A stretch of 64,000 nucleotides of DNA from Clostridia bacterium (GCA_017502975.1 JAFVTV010000038.1:12194-76193), one strand, 5' to 3'; positions 12,130-21,455 are shown, numbered from the stretch's first letter. Numbers and translations are program-made. Notes: a model not told the origin generated them from the letters alone.

Positions 12130-12891
12130 TCAGGGGCGCTCGTGTAGCTCCTTGGCAAATTGCAGATAATCTGCGGTGCCTTTTGCGCGTTTATCGTAGT
12201 AAACGATAGGCTTTCCAAAGCTTGGCGCCTCGCACAGACGCACGTTTCTGCCGATGGTCGTGGTAAAAACGCGGTCGCCGTAGTGCTTTTTTAACTCTTC
12301 CTTTACCTGTATGGAAAGCGCAAGGCGTGGATTGTGCATGGTTAGCAGAATTCCCGTTATTGAAAGGCGCGGATTGTAGCGCTTTTTGATGTGCCCCAGC
12401 GTGGTGGAGAGCTGCGTTAGCCCTTCCAGCGCATAATATTCGCATTGCATGGGGATTACCACGCCGTCGCTTGCGGCAAGCGCGTTGATCGTCAGCATAC
12501 CAAGCGAGGGCGGACAGTCAATAATAATATAATCGTAGCGATAACGGATGTCGGCAAGCGCGTTCTTGAGGTGCGCCTCATCCCCATCTCCGTCAAGCAG
12601 GTCAAATTCAGCACCGGCAAGCGAAATATTGGCGGGAATCAGGTCAAGCTTGCGAAAGCCCGTGGGTAAAACGGCGTCCTCTGCGCGGCAACCGCCAACA
12701 AGCAGGTCACGCACAGTAAAGCGCAGACCCTTTTTGCGCACACCAACACCGCTTGTGGCGCTTCCCTGCGGATCAAGGTCGATCAAAAGGGTGTCAAATC
12801 CAAGAGAGCCAAGACAAGCGGCAGTATTTACGGCGGATGTTGTTTTGCCAACACCGCCCTTTTGATTGGCAAATGCGATAATTCTGCCCAT
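12130..12891 (-). CDS. parA: Chromosome partitioning ATPase ParA/Soj
   Basis: Deviant Walker A motif (NQKGGVGKTT). I prefer the start MGRIIAFANQ at 12891 over the listed 12945. Confidence 0.92.
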   Translation of the reverse strand: MGRIIAFANQKGGVGKTTSAVNTAACLGSLGFDTLLIDLDPQGSATSGVGVRKKGLRFTVRDLLVGGCRAEDAVLPTGFRKLDLIPANISLAGAEFDLLDGDGDEAHLKNALADIRYRYDYIIIDCPPSLGMLTINALAASDGVVIPMQCEYYALEGLTQLSTTLGHIKKRYNPRLSITGILLTMHNPRLALSIQVKEELKKHYGDRVFTTTIGRNVRLCEAPSFGKPIVYYDKRAKGTADYLQFAKELHERP

Positions 12892-13182
12892 GGTTGCTTT
12901 TGGCACTCCTTTCCGCGGTTGCGTGTCGCTATCGCACGTGGGCAAATATGTTGAGCCCGCCGTTTGACGCGTATCGTGTGTATTATTATATCATTTAAAC
13001 CGCATTTTTGCAACAGTATTTTACCGATTTTTTGATTTTTTTACGCGCGCGATAAAATAAGGAGAAAAAAGCACGCGCGGTAAACGCAAGGGCAAAAGGA
13101 ACTGCAATGTGCAAAACAAAACAAATAAAGGCTTGTCGGTGTAAAAATCGGTGATGTTAAGGGTAAATCATAGCGTTTCGCT

Positions 13183-13411
13183 TGTTTCACGTGAAACATT
13201 TGCAAAAGCACAACCAAATTTGCCGCTATTTTGATATGGCGCAAAACTCGTTGCTTAGCGTTTCACGTGAAACATTTTTTTAAGCATCCTCGGCACCGGC
13301 AAGAAAGGATTGCGTTTTTGTTTCACGTGAAACAACGCCCTGTTGTGTGTAAAAGGTGTTTCACGTGAAACAATGCTTAATTTATGCGTGAAAAGTGTTT
13401 CACGTGAAACA
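13183..13411. promoter_or_regulatory. Array of five parS centromere sites
   Basis: The 16-mer TGTTTCACGTGAAACA occurs at 13183-13198, 13319-13334, 13357-13372 and 13396-13411. CGTTTCACGTGAAACA occurs at 13259-13274. Both fit the Firmicute parS consensus TGTTNCACGTGAAACA. Confidence 0.9.
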
Positions 13412-13413
13412 AA

Positions 13414-14406
13414 TCACCCCTTTTTGGGAATGCGAATAAGAATGTGCGCAAAATCCTCGTCCTCTTCCCTGCGGTATTCTGCGCTGACGCCCGTCTTTTC
13501 AAAGATACCCAGCGTGCGCTCAATAGAATTGTATAGTGGCTTTAGGTCGCGCAGGGCAAACTTGCGCGGCGTAACCCCCACCCCTTGCACGTTAAGCGCT
13601 TGCTTTTGCGGCAATAAGGGCTCGTTTTCGGCGCTTTTTTGCTGTTTTGGGGTAAAAAACACGTCCATTTCCTGTTTAAGCGTGGGTGTTGGGTCAAGCC
13701 CCCCATCTTTTTTGTCGTTTACAAGAGCCGCTTTGTTGCCCAAATGCAGATCCACCAGTGCCTCTGTACTTGCTACGTTGCGGTTCTCCCGCTGGGCGGC
13801 GGCAATCACCTCAAGGCGCGTTGCCGGGTCTGTGATCCGCAAAAAAGCGCGCGCGTGACGCTCAGAAAGTCCGCCCGCCACAATGATACGGCGCTCCTCG
13901 GGGGTCAGTTTTAGCAAACGAAGTTTGTTTGCTACGGCAGATTGTGAGAGTCCCATCTTTCTTGCAATCTCTTCTTGCGTCATATAATACTCCTGCATAA
14001 GGCGAGAAAATGCCTCTGCAAGGGCAAAAAAGTGCAGATTTTCGCTCCTTAACTGCAAAATTGCCGCCATTTGCAGGCATTTTGCGTCATTTGGCGGTAG
14101 TACAAGGCAGGGGAGCTTGTCCATACCTGCAAGGGCGGCGGCGCGAAAGCGGCGCTCGCCGTCTATCAACTCATAGATGGGAAAGCCGTCCTTCTGCGTG
14201 GATAATTTTACGCAGATCGGCTCTAAAATGCCGTATTTTCTAATGGATGCGGCAAGTCTAATGATGGCATTTTGCTCATTTTTGGGGTTTTGCGGTGCGC
14301 TTTGCGCCAAAATTTGCTCTGCGGCAAGAAAAATAGGCGTTTCAACCGCATTTCCCCTGCCAAAATGCATTGCCGAAGCGGTCGTGCTGCTATATAAACT
14401 CTTCAT
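13414..14406 (-). CDS. ParB/Noc-family paralog (nucleoid-occlusion-like)
   Basis: 330 aa with a ParB box (YELIDGERRFRAAALAG) and an HTH (MTQEEIARKMGLSQSAVANKLRLL). It sits between rsmG and parA, as noc does in Bacillus. Strong RBS ggaggt. The C-terminal ~130 aa are not ParB-like by eye. Confidence 0.75.
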   Translation of the reverse strand: MKSLYSSTTASAMHFGRGNAVETPIFLAAEQILAQSAPQNPKNEQNAIIRLAASIRKYGILEPICVKLSTQKDGFPIYELIDGERRFRAAALAGMDKLPCLVLPPNDAKCLQMAAILQLRSENLHFFALAEAFSRLMQEYYMTQEEIARKMGLSQSAVANKLRLLKLTPEERRIIVAGGLSERHARAFLRITDPATRLEVIAAAQRENRNVASTEALVDLHLGNKAALVNDKKDGGLDPTPTLKQEMDVFFTPKQQKSAENEPLLPQKQALNVQGVGVTPRKFALRDLKPLYNSIERTLGIFEKTGVSAEYRREEDEDFAHILIRIPKKG

Positions 14407-14633
14407 TTTTAACCTCCATATTGAATTTTGGCTTCAACTGTATCATATCACAGGTGTGTAGGGGAAAAATGTCACAATATAATGGAAAAATATGGAAATT
14501 ATAAACAAATTGCAGCAGGTAAGAGGGAATATAAAGTCACAAGGTGGATTTCAAGGAGAAAAAGCGCCTTGCCCGTGGAAAAACTGCGCGCAAGCGTCGA
14601 TTTTTGTCTAAAAAGCGCGATTTTAATGAAAAA

Positions 14634-14659
14634 TACCCACAAAGCCATGTCTTTGTGGG
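14634..14659 (-). terminator. Bidirectional stem-loop downstream of rsmG
   Basis: ACCCACAAAG-ccatgt-CTTTGTGGGT, flanked by T-runs on both strands. Confidence 0.6.
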
Positions 14660-14764
14660 TGTTTTTATGGTATAGATACGGTGTTTGCCCTATAATGGGC
14701 TAAGTATTTTGGTTTGTTCGGTATTTTTGCGTAATTTTTTGACGGGTTTGCTTATGGCTAGGCT

Positions 14765-15520
14765 TTAAAGCGGCTTTTTGAGAATGCGCGCAAAGGGGCG
14801 CGGCAGATCCGGGGGAGTGGGCTTGACCTTTTTGATCTCGATGAGCAAACGCTCATCGCCCTCGCCCTCCCCTACAAGTGTAATGCTTTTTGTTTGGATC
14901 ACGGCGCCGCCAAGGCGTGCAATGGCGCGCTCGGCAGCAGCAAGCTCCTCCGCGCCCCGTTTTGCCTTCATGGCAACGAAACTGCCGCCAAGGCGCACAA
15001 ACGGCAAGCAAAGCTCGGCTAGCACGGGCAAAGCCGCCACAGCTCGCGCCGTGACAACATCATACTGCGCGCGGTGGGGGGAATTGTGCGCCAATTCCTC
15101 CGCGCGTGCCGCAATGGCGGTAAAATGGGGGATCTCGAGGCTGTTTGCGGTGTTTTGCACGTAATTGATACGCTTTTCGGTGCTATCAAGCGCTGTAATG
15201 CTAAGATCGGGGCGAAAAATGCCAATCGGCAGGCAAGGGAAGCCCGCACCGCACCCAACGTCAAGTATTTTGGCGTTTTTCGGCAAAAATGGCGCTACGG
15301 TAAGGCTATCAAGGAAATGACGGACGATAATCGCCTTTTCCTCCTTAATAGCGGTCAGATTCATGGTTTTTCCCACCTCAAGCATATGCTGCATGAGAAA
15401 ATAGAACTTCCTTGACTGCGCTTCATCAGCAAGTGGCGAAAAACCATTATCTGCCATAACGGTATTTAAAAAGTCGTTAAATTCATTAAAATTCATTTGA
15501 GTGAAATGCTCCTTGAACAA
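14765..15520 (-). CDS. rsmG: 16S rRNA (guanine527-N7)-methyltransferase RsmG/GidB
   Basis: SAM-binding motif (ILDVGCGAGFPCLPIGI) and a position downstream of mnmG. The start could instead be the ATG at 15496. Confidence 0.9.
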   Translation of the reverse strand: MFKEHFTQMNFNEFNDFLNTVMADNGFSPLADEAQSRKFYFLMQHMLEVGKTMNLTAIKEEKAIIVRHFLDSLTVAPFLPKNAKILDVGCGAGFPCLPIGIFRPDLSITALDSTEKRINYVQNTANSLEIPHFTAIAARAEELAHNSPHRAQYDVVTARAVAALPVLAELCLPFVRLGGSFVAMKAKRGAEELAAAERAIARLGGAVIQTKSITLVGEGEGDERLLIEIKKVKPTPPDLPRPFARILKKPL

Positions 15521-15801
15521 TCAGTATGTTGTGGTAGCCTTGTAAAAGAAAATTGCTCGACATTGCTCGCTTATAGGGTTACAGTCCTTGTTTTTCGTGG
15601 CTTGCACGGCTTTTTTGTTGATTTTTTGCGGCTTGCCCTGATTTTGACGGCTCTTTTGGACAGCTTGTGGGTAAAACCATGCCGATCATGTGCCTTTGTG
15701 AAGGCAATTTGGGGCTGTTGCGAGTAACATTACGCGATTGCGTGCCTTTGCAAGCGCAATTTTGCACTGTTTCGGGTGTTTCGTGGCAAAATCCCGCAAA
15801 A

Positions 15802-17667
15802 TCAATGCACACCAAGGTAAATAAGCAGCACCGAGATGTCGGCAGGGCTTACACCACTGATGCGCGAGGCTTGCCCAACGGTGGCGGGGCGCATGGCGGA
15901 AAGCTTTTGTGCCGCTTCTATTCTAAGACCGGTTATTTTTTGATAGTCAAGGGTGTCGGGGAGCATTCTTGACTCTAACTTTTCATGCCGAGAAACTTCT
16001 ACCATTTGGCGGTTAATGTAGCCTTCATACTTGATTTGAACCTCTGCAGAAAGTGCCGCTTTTTTTGTCAGCTGCGGGCGCGAGGGGTCAAGAGGCCTGA
16101 GAGAATCATAGGTAATGCCGGGGCGGCGCAAAAGATCGGCAAGAGAGATGCCTGTGGAAACGGGGGATTGCCCCAATTCCGTAAGAAACGGGTTGACCAA
16201 CGCGGGGGAAAGGTGCGTGGTATTCAGGCGCGTGATCTCCGCCGCGATGGCGGCTTGCTTTTCTTCAAACGCGGCAAAGTGTGCGTCATCGATCAGCCCA
16301 ACCTTGTGTGCAAGGGGCGTCAGGCGCGCGTCTGCGTTGTCCTGGCGCAGCAGTAAGCGGTATTCCGAGCGTGAGGTCATCATGCGGTAGGGCTCGTTTG
16401 TGCCCTTGATGATAAGATCGTCAACCAAGGTGCCAAGATAAGAGCTGGAACGCGGCAAAATTACAGGGGGCTGCCCCTTTACCTTAAGAGCGGCATTCAT
16501 GCCGGCAAGCAGGCCCTGTGCCGCCGCCTCCTCGTAGCCCGAGGTGCCGTTAAACTGCCCCGCGCCGAAAAGGCCGCCGATCTTTCTGAATTCAAGGGTT
16601 GCGCCAAGCTCCGTGGGGTCACAGCAATCATATTCTATTGCATAGGCGTAGCGCATCATCTCCGCGTGCTCAAAGCCGGGGAGCGTGTGCAGCATTTCTG
16701 CCTGCACGTCGGTAGGCAGAGAGGTTGAAAAGCCTTGCAAGTAAAGCTCATCCGTATCAGCCCCGATCGGCTCAAGAAAGAGTTGGTGGCGCTCCTTGTC
16801 GGCAAAGCGCACGACCTTATCCTCGATCGAGGGGCAATAACGGGGACCTGTACCGTGAATATGGCCGCCATACATGGCGGAACGGGATAGGTTTTCGCGA
16901 ATGACGCGATGTGTTTCTTCGTTGGTATATACAATGTGACAGGGGAGCTGCGAAACACCTGCCATATAGTCCTCGGGGGTGTCGGCGGCATAGGGCAGGG
17001 GGTCAGCCTCGCCCGGCTGCACCTCTAAGCGGTCAAGCGCCACAGATCGGCGGTTGATGCGCGCAGGTGTGCCTGTTTTAAAGCGGCGCAGGGTCACACC
17101 AAGGTCGCTAAGGGCTGCGGAAAGTCCGCGCGAGGGCAAAAATCCGTCGGGGCCGCTTTCGTAATTCACGTCGCCCACAAAAATGCGGCTTTCGAGGTAC
17201 GTGCCTGCGGCAACAATGGCACATTCACATGCCCAAAGCTCGCCAAGATGGGTCATTACCCCGCAAACGTGATGATTTTCATCGGTTTTGACCGAAACGA
17301 TCTCGGCTTGCACAAGGCGCAGATTTTCTGTGCGCTCAAGCACCGATTTCATGTATGCCTGATAGTGCTTGCGGTCTGCCTGCACGCGCTTGGAGTGCAC
17401 GGCGGCACCCTTACCAAGATTCAGGGTGCGCGATTGGAGCGTTACGGCATCTGCCGCGCGACCCATTTCGCCGCCGAGCGCATCGATCTCATACACGAGA
17501 TGCCCCTTTGCCGTGCCCCCGATCGAGGGGTTGCAGGGCATATTGGCGATCGCCTCAAGAGAAATGGTAAATAAAACGGTATCAACGCCCATGCGAGCGC
17601 TTGCCAGCGCCGCCTCGATGCCGGCATGCCCCGCACCGATCACGGCGACCTTGGTAGAAAGCTTCAT
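15802..17667 (-). CDS. mnmG: tRNA uridine 5-carboxymethylaminomethyl modification enzyme MnmG/GidA
   Basis: 621 aa with an N-terminal FAD motif (VAVIGAGHAGIEAALASARMG) and sequence characteristic of GidA throughout. Confidence 0.96.
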   Translation of the reverse strand: MKLSTKVAVIGAGHAGIEAALASARMGVDTVLFTISLEAIANMPCNPSIGGTAKGHLVYEIDALGGEMGRAADAVTLQSRTLNLGKGAAVHSKRVQADRKHYQAYMKSVLERTENLRLVQAEIVSVKTDENHHVCGVMTHLGELWACECAIVAAGTYLESRIFVGDVNYESGPDGFLPSRGLSAALSDLGVTLRRFKTGTPARINRRSVALDRLEVQPGEADPLPYAADTPEDYMAGVSQLPCHIVYTNEETHRVIRENLSRSAMYGGHIHGTGPRYCPSIEDKVVRFADKERHQLFLEPIGADTDELYLQGFSTSLPTDVQAEMLHTLPGFEHAEMMRYAYAIEYDCCDPTELGATLEFRKIGGLFGAGQFNGTSGYEEAAAQGLLAGMNAALKVKGQPPVILPRSSSYLGTLVDDLIIKGTNEPYRMMTSRSEYRLLLRQDNADARLTPLAHKVGLIDDAHFAAFEEKQAAIAAEITRLNTTHLSPALVNPFLTELGQSPVSTGISLADLLRRPGITYDSLRPLDPSRPQLTKKAALSAEVQIKYEGYINRQMVEVSRHEKLESRMLPDTLDYQKITGLRIEAAQKLSAMRPATVGQASRISGVSPADISVLLIYLGVH

Positions 17668-17697
17668 AAGATCTCCTTTAAAGGGTTTAGATGAGAG

Positions 17698-18258
17698 TTA
17701 GCGTGTGGTGTTCGATAAAACGGTGCCGGACGGGTTGTAAAAACGGCACACGGATAGCATTTTTGCGGTTGCCTCGAAATAAAAGATCGCGCGGCGCTTT
17801 TCGCGGTTCTTGTCGTTGCCCAACTCAAAAAGCATAATATAAATATCGGGAGCAGACATGCTTGAAACACCCACAAACTCGCGCTCGGGCGCATAGGCGG
17901 TTGCGCGATCTGCTTCCAGAGGGGCTTCAAGGGGCGCAATACGCACGGCATCCTTTAGCTTCATCTCAAATATCTTGCGGCGCGAACGGTTGCCAAAGAC
18001 CTTTGTAAAGGTGAGTGTGCCTGAGGTAACGGAGTATTCATAATCCACCGAAACATAGCGCCACGTGATAAAAATAATCAGCCAAAGCGAGAGGGGGACA
18101 AAGGCAAGCAGAGGTGCTATAATTTGAGCTTTCATACCAAAAAACAGGACCACCAAGGGATAAAGGCAATAAAACGCGATAAGTCCGATCCGCGCGGCAA
18201 GCCACTTGCCCACTGTTTTTTGTGAAACAACAAATTCATAGGTTAAAAACTCATTCAC
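17698..18258 (-). CDS. Hypothetical membrane protein (two TM segments plus a soluble C-terminal domain)
   Basis: 186-aa ORF with a GTG start after AGGAG. It occupies the position upstream of mnmG where mnmE is usually found. Confidence 0.5.
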   Translation of the reverse strand: MNEFLTYEFVVSQKTVGKWLAARIGLIAFYCLYPLVVLFFGMKAQIIAPLLAFVPLSLWLIIFITWRYVSVDYEYSVTSGTLTFTKVFGNRSRRKIFEMKLKDAVRIAPLEAPLEADRATAYAPEREFVGVSSMSAPDIYIMLFELGNDKNREKRRAIFYFEATAKMLSVCRFYNPSGTVLSNTTR

Positions 18259-18353
18259 AGAGCACTCACTCCTCTCAACGTATTATTACATTTCAGTATA
18301 TCATAAAAAAGTAGATATTTCAATCTTTTTGTAAAGTATCCTCATAAAAGCTC

Positions 18354-18382
18354 TTGCTATTTTTTTAGTAAAGCAGTATAAT
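18354..18382 (+). promoter_or_regulatory. Sigma-A-type promoter for the ACT/UPF0210 operon
   Basis: TTGCTA, 17 nt spacer, TATAAT. Confidence 0.5.
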
Positions 18383-18424
18383 GGTATTATTATATGGATC
18401 GGCAGTGCCGAGAAGGAGAGTAAA

Positions 18425-18694
18425 ATGAAAGCAGTTATCACCGTTACAGGCAAGGATAGCGTTGGCATTATCGCCGCTGTGAGCACCTTTTGTGCAGAGC
18501 ATGGCGCAAACATTACCGAGATCACGCAGAGCGTGCTCAGCGAATATTTTGCAATGATCATGATCGCAGAGATCGACAAGCTCTCGGTGCCCTTTGCGGA
18601 TTTTGCCGCTGATCTTTCGGCAATGGGCAAGGAAAAGGGGCTTGATATCCGCGCGATGCATGAAGATATCTTCAACACCATGCACCACATTTAA
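18425..18694 (+). CDS. ACT domain protein (UPF0237 family)
   Basis: 89 aa beginning MKAVITVTGKDSVGIIAAVS, a typical ACT fold start. It forms the conserved pair with the UPF0210 gene downstream. Confidence 0.85.
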   Translation: MKAVITVTGKDSVGIIAAVSTFCAEHGANITEITQSVLSEYFAMIMIAEIDKLSVPFADFAADLSAMGKEKGLDIRAMHEDIFNTMHHI

Positions 18695-18706
18695 GGAGAG
18701 TGCACC

Positions 18707-20065
18707 ATGCTGAACGTAGCCGATATTCTTGAAACGATCGGGATGATCCGAGAGGAAAATCTCGACATCAGAACCATAACCATGGGCATTTCGCTCCTTG
18801 ACTGTGTGAGCGAGGATGCGAATCGCCTTTGCGACAAGGTGTACGATAAAATAACCAAAACCGCAGAAAAGCTGGTGGATACCGGTGTTTCGATCGAGCG
18901 CGAGTACGGGATTCCGATCGTAAACAAGCGCGTGTCGGTGACCCCCGTGTCGCTGATCGGCGGTGCGATCTCCCCCGAAGGGTACTTAAAATTGGCACAT
19001 ACCCTGCAACGTGCCGCGAAAACGCTGGGTATCAACTTCATTGGCGGATACTCTGCGCTGGTACACAAGGGGATGACGCAAGGGGATAGAAATCTTATTT
19101 CCGTCATTCCCGAGGCACTTGCCCAAACCGAGAACGTATGCTCCTCGGTAAACGTGGCAAGCACAAAGGCGGGCATCAATATGGATGCCATTCGCCTGAT
19201 GGGCAGCACGATCAAGCGTGCGGCTTATCTCACACGTGACAACAATTCGATCGGCTGTGCCAAATTGGTTGTTTTCGCGAACGTCCCCGAGGATAACCCC
19301 TTTATGGCGGGTGCGTTCCACGGTGTTGGCGAGCCCGATAGTGTCATCAACGTGGGCGTTTCCGGCCCCGGCGTGGTGGCAGCGGCGATCCGCCGCGCGG
19401 GCGCGTGCGATCTTTCGCAGCTTGCCGACGTCATTAAGACCACAGCCTTTAAGATCACGCGCGTTGGTCAGCTTGTTGCCAGCGAGGCGGCAAAGCGCCT
19501 TGGCGCGCCCTTTGGTATCATTGATCTTTCCCTTGCGCCCACCCCCGCGATCGGCGACTCGGTTGCCCGCATCCTTGAGGAGATGGGGCTTGAGGTCTGC
19601 GGCGCACACGGCACGACCGCGGCACTTGCCATGCTCAACGATGCCGTAAAGAAGGGCGGCGTTATGGCCTCCTCTCACGTTGGCGGACTTTCGGGTGCGT
19701 TCATTCCCGTTTCTGAGGACGAGGGCATGATCGCCGCGGTAAATGAGGGTGCGCTCTCCATCGAAAAGCTTGAGGCAATGACTGCCGTTTGCTCGGTCGG
19801 CCTTGATATGATCGCTGTGCCCGGCGATACCACCGAGGAGGTCATTTGCGGCATCATTGCCGACGAGATCTCGATCGGTGTGGCAAACACAAAGACGACT
19901 GCCGTGCGCCTGATTCCCGCCTACGGTAAGACTGTTGGGGATAGCGTTAGCTTTGGCGGGCTTTTGGGAACGGCGCCCATTATGCCCCTTCGCACCTATT
20001 CTCCCGCAAAATTCATTTCGCGCGGCGGCAGAATCCCCGCGCCGATCCATAGCCTGAAAAACTAA
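18707..20065 (+). CDS. UPF0210/DUF711 (PFL-like) family protein
   Basis: 452 aa. The N-terminus ([27 protein letters not shown]) matches my recollection of UPF0210, and it pairs with the ACT gene. Confidence 0.85.
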   Translation: MLNVADILETIGMIREENLDIRTITMGISLLDCVSEDANRLCDKVYDKITKTAEKLVDTGVSIEREYGIPIVNKRVSVTPVSLIGGAISPEGYLKLAHTLQRAAKTLGINFIGGYSALVHKGMTQGDRNLISVIPEALAQTENVCSSVNVASTKAGINMDAIRLMGSTIKRAAYLTRDNNSIGCAKLVVFANVPEDNPFMAGAFHGVGEPDSVINVGVSGPGVVAAAIRRAGACDLSQLADVIKTTAFKITRVGQLVASEAAKRLGAPFGIIDLSLAPTPAIGDSVARILEEMGLEVCGAHGTTAALAMLNDAVKKGGVMASSHVGGLSGAFIPVSEDEGMIAAVNEGALSIEKLEAMTAVCSVGLDMIAVPGDTTEEVICGIIADEISIGVANTKTTAVRLIPAYGKTVGDSVSFGGLLGTAPIMPLRTYSPAKFISRGGRIPAPIHSLKN

Positions 20066-20156
20066 AAAGAAAACGCACCCACGAGCACAAAACCGTGTAC
20101 ATGGGTGCGTTTTTGTTGTATATTTTTGCTTTGTCTTAAACGACACAGGTGTTTTC

Positions 20157-20777
20157 TCAGGCGCTAACCTCTTCAAGAGGAACATATACGGGCGGTGCTT
20201 TTTCTGCCTTGATTGTTTCATAAAACTGCGCGGTGACCACCTGACAATAGGGAAGCGCGTAAAACAGCAGAATGCCGCCCGTTGCAACACCGAGCAGGAG
20301 CCAAGGGAGCATGCTCAAAGACAGATAAAACAAACGCATTTTGTTTCCCTCCATTAAATGAATGGATTCCTCTCTCACCTCGCTTTGGGACATTTTAGGA
20401 TTGTCGGCAAGAACAAAATAGCTCATGGAATATGCGTAGGAGCGAATGATACCGGGAACGACAAAGAGAAGCGACCACAATGCAATATAAAGGGAGTTTA
20501 GCAGGTTGAGCAAAAAGCAGGTTGTAAAATGACCAAAGCCTTTTCCAAGATTGGAGATTGCAACAGGGCGTTTTCGCACTACATTAATTGAGATTATCGT
20601 AAAGCTCATGGTAAGGCAGGGGGTGAAGACGTAAGTAAAAAGAGCACCAATGCCAAACAGGGTAAGAATTGCCGAGCCGGCAACAAAGATAAAATAGATT
20701 AAGGCGATGACCGCCATTTTAATTTTGACGGGCGCAAGCGAGGCGCGTGCTTGTTTTCTGATTTCCTTCAGGGTCAT
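20157..20777 (-). CDS. DUF975-like integral membrane protein
   Basis: 206 aa with multiple TM segments. The N-terminal region (IRKQARASLAP...) resembles DUF975. Confidence 0.6.
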   Translation of the reverse strand: MTLKEIRKQARASLAPVKIKMAVIALIYFIFVAGSAILTLFGIGALFTYVFTPCLTMSFTIISINVVRKRPVAISNLGKGFGHFTTCFLLNLLNSLYIALWSLLFVVPGIIRSYAYSMSYFVLADNPKMSQSEVREESIHLMEGNKMRLFYLSLSMLPWLLLGVATGGILLFYALPYCQVVTAQFYETIKAEKAPPVYVPLEEVSA

Positions 20778-21374
20778 AAGGGAAACTCCTTTCGAGTGGC
20801 GCGATCGTAAAGTGGGACTTTTCGATTTGGTGTGGACGGGTTAACTTGTTTTTAGGCTTTGCCTTTATGCTCAGTATAGCAAAAAAGCAGTGCGTTGTCA
20901 AGGAAAGTTGTGCAAAAAACACCGCAAAATCCAAGCGCGGCAAGGGTTTGGCGGTTTTTGCCCAAAAGAGTGGCGCAAAGCGAGAAAATGGAAAATGCGG
21001 CTTTTTGTCAATGTGGGAAGAAAAATGTATAAAAATGGAAAAACGAGAGCAGATGTGGGAAGAAAAGTTCTTTAAAAAAGCGATATTTCCAAAAACGGAA
21101 AGGGCTGGGTTTTTCCACCGGGCGGTGTGGCGTGCCTGTGGAAAACCCTGTGGAAACTGTGTAAAACTCCTTTTGTAGCACCGATTTCAGGATTTTTTTA
21201 CCTGTAAAACACCTGTGCAAAAGTGGGGTGTTATGCACAAAAAGCACGAAGCCTGTCGTTGCGAAAAAGGAAAGGCTTTTCCAAAGTGCGAAAAGTTTTA
21301 TTTTCGCTTCGCAGGACGGCGAGGCACGCCGCTTTTTTGATGTGGGGCGAGAGGGAAATTTTGTACTTCTCCCC

Positions 21375-21403
21375 TTGACATAAATGTTCTTAAAGTTTAT
21401 AAT
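21375..21403 (+). promoter_or_regulatory. Sigma-A-type promoter for the transketolase operon
   Basis: TTGACA, 17 nt spacer, TATAAT, about 50 nt upstream of the tkt start. Confidence 0.6.
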
Positions 21404-21455
21404 TATAATGATATAATATGACATTGCCCGACAAGCGGGCGCACAGGAGGAAACC

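Noticed and set aside
13183-13411. Possible CRISPR-like or iteron array, because a 16-mer repeats five times.
   Set aside because: The repeat is a perfect palindrome matching parS. Spacers are irregular (23-60 bp) and much shorter than CRISPR spacers. There are no cas genes, and the location between noc-like and parA fits a centromere. The overlapping ORF 13343-13858 (CVKGVSRET repeats) is a translation artifact of the repeats.
14455-14463. GTAGGGG in the noc-like gene upstream region, considered as another REP copy.
   Set aside because: Only the head is present, with no following hairpin. It may be a decayed copy or chance.
18259-18424. The AT-rich divergent intergenic region between the minus-strand gid/par block and the plus-strand ACT operon, considered as a candidate oriC.
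   Set aside because: It is only 166 bp. It is fully explained by a good promoter (TTGCTA-17-TATAAT) and two RBSs. It contains no sequence within one mismatch of a DnaA box.
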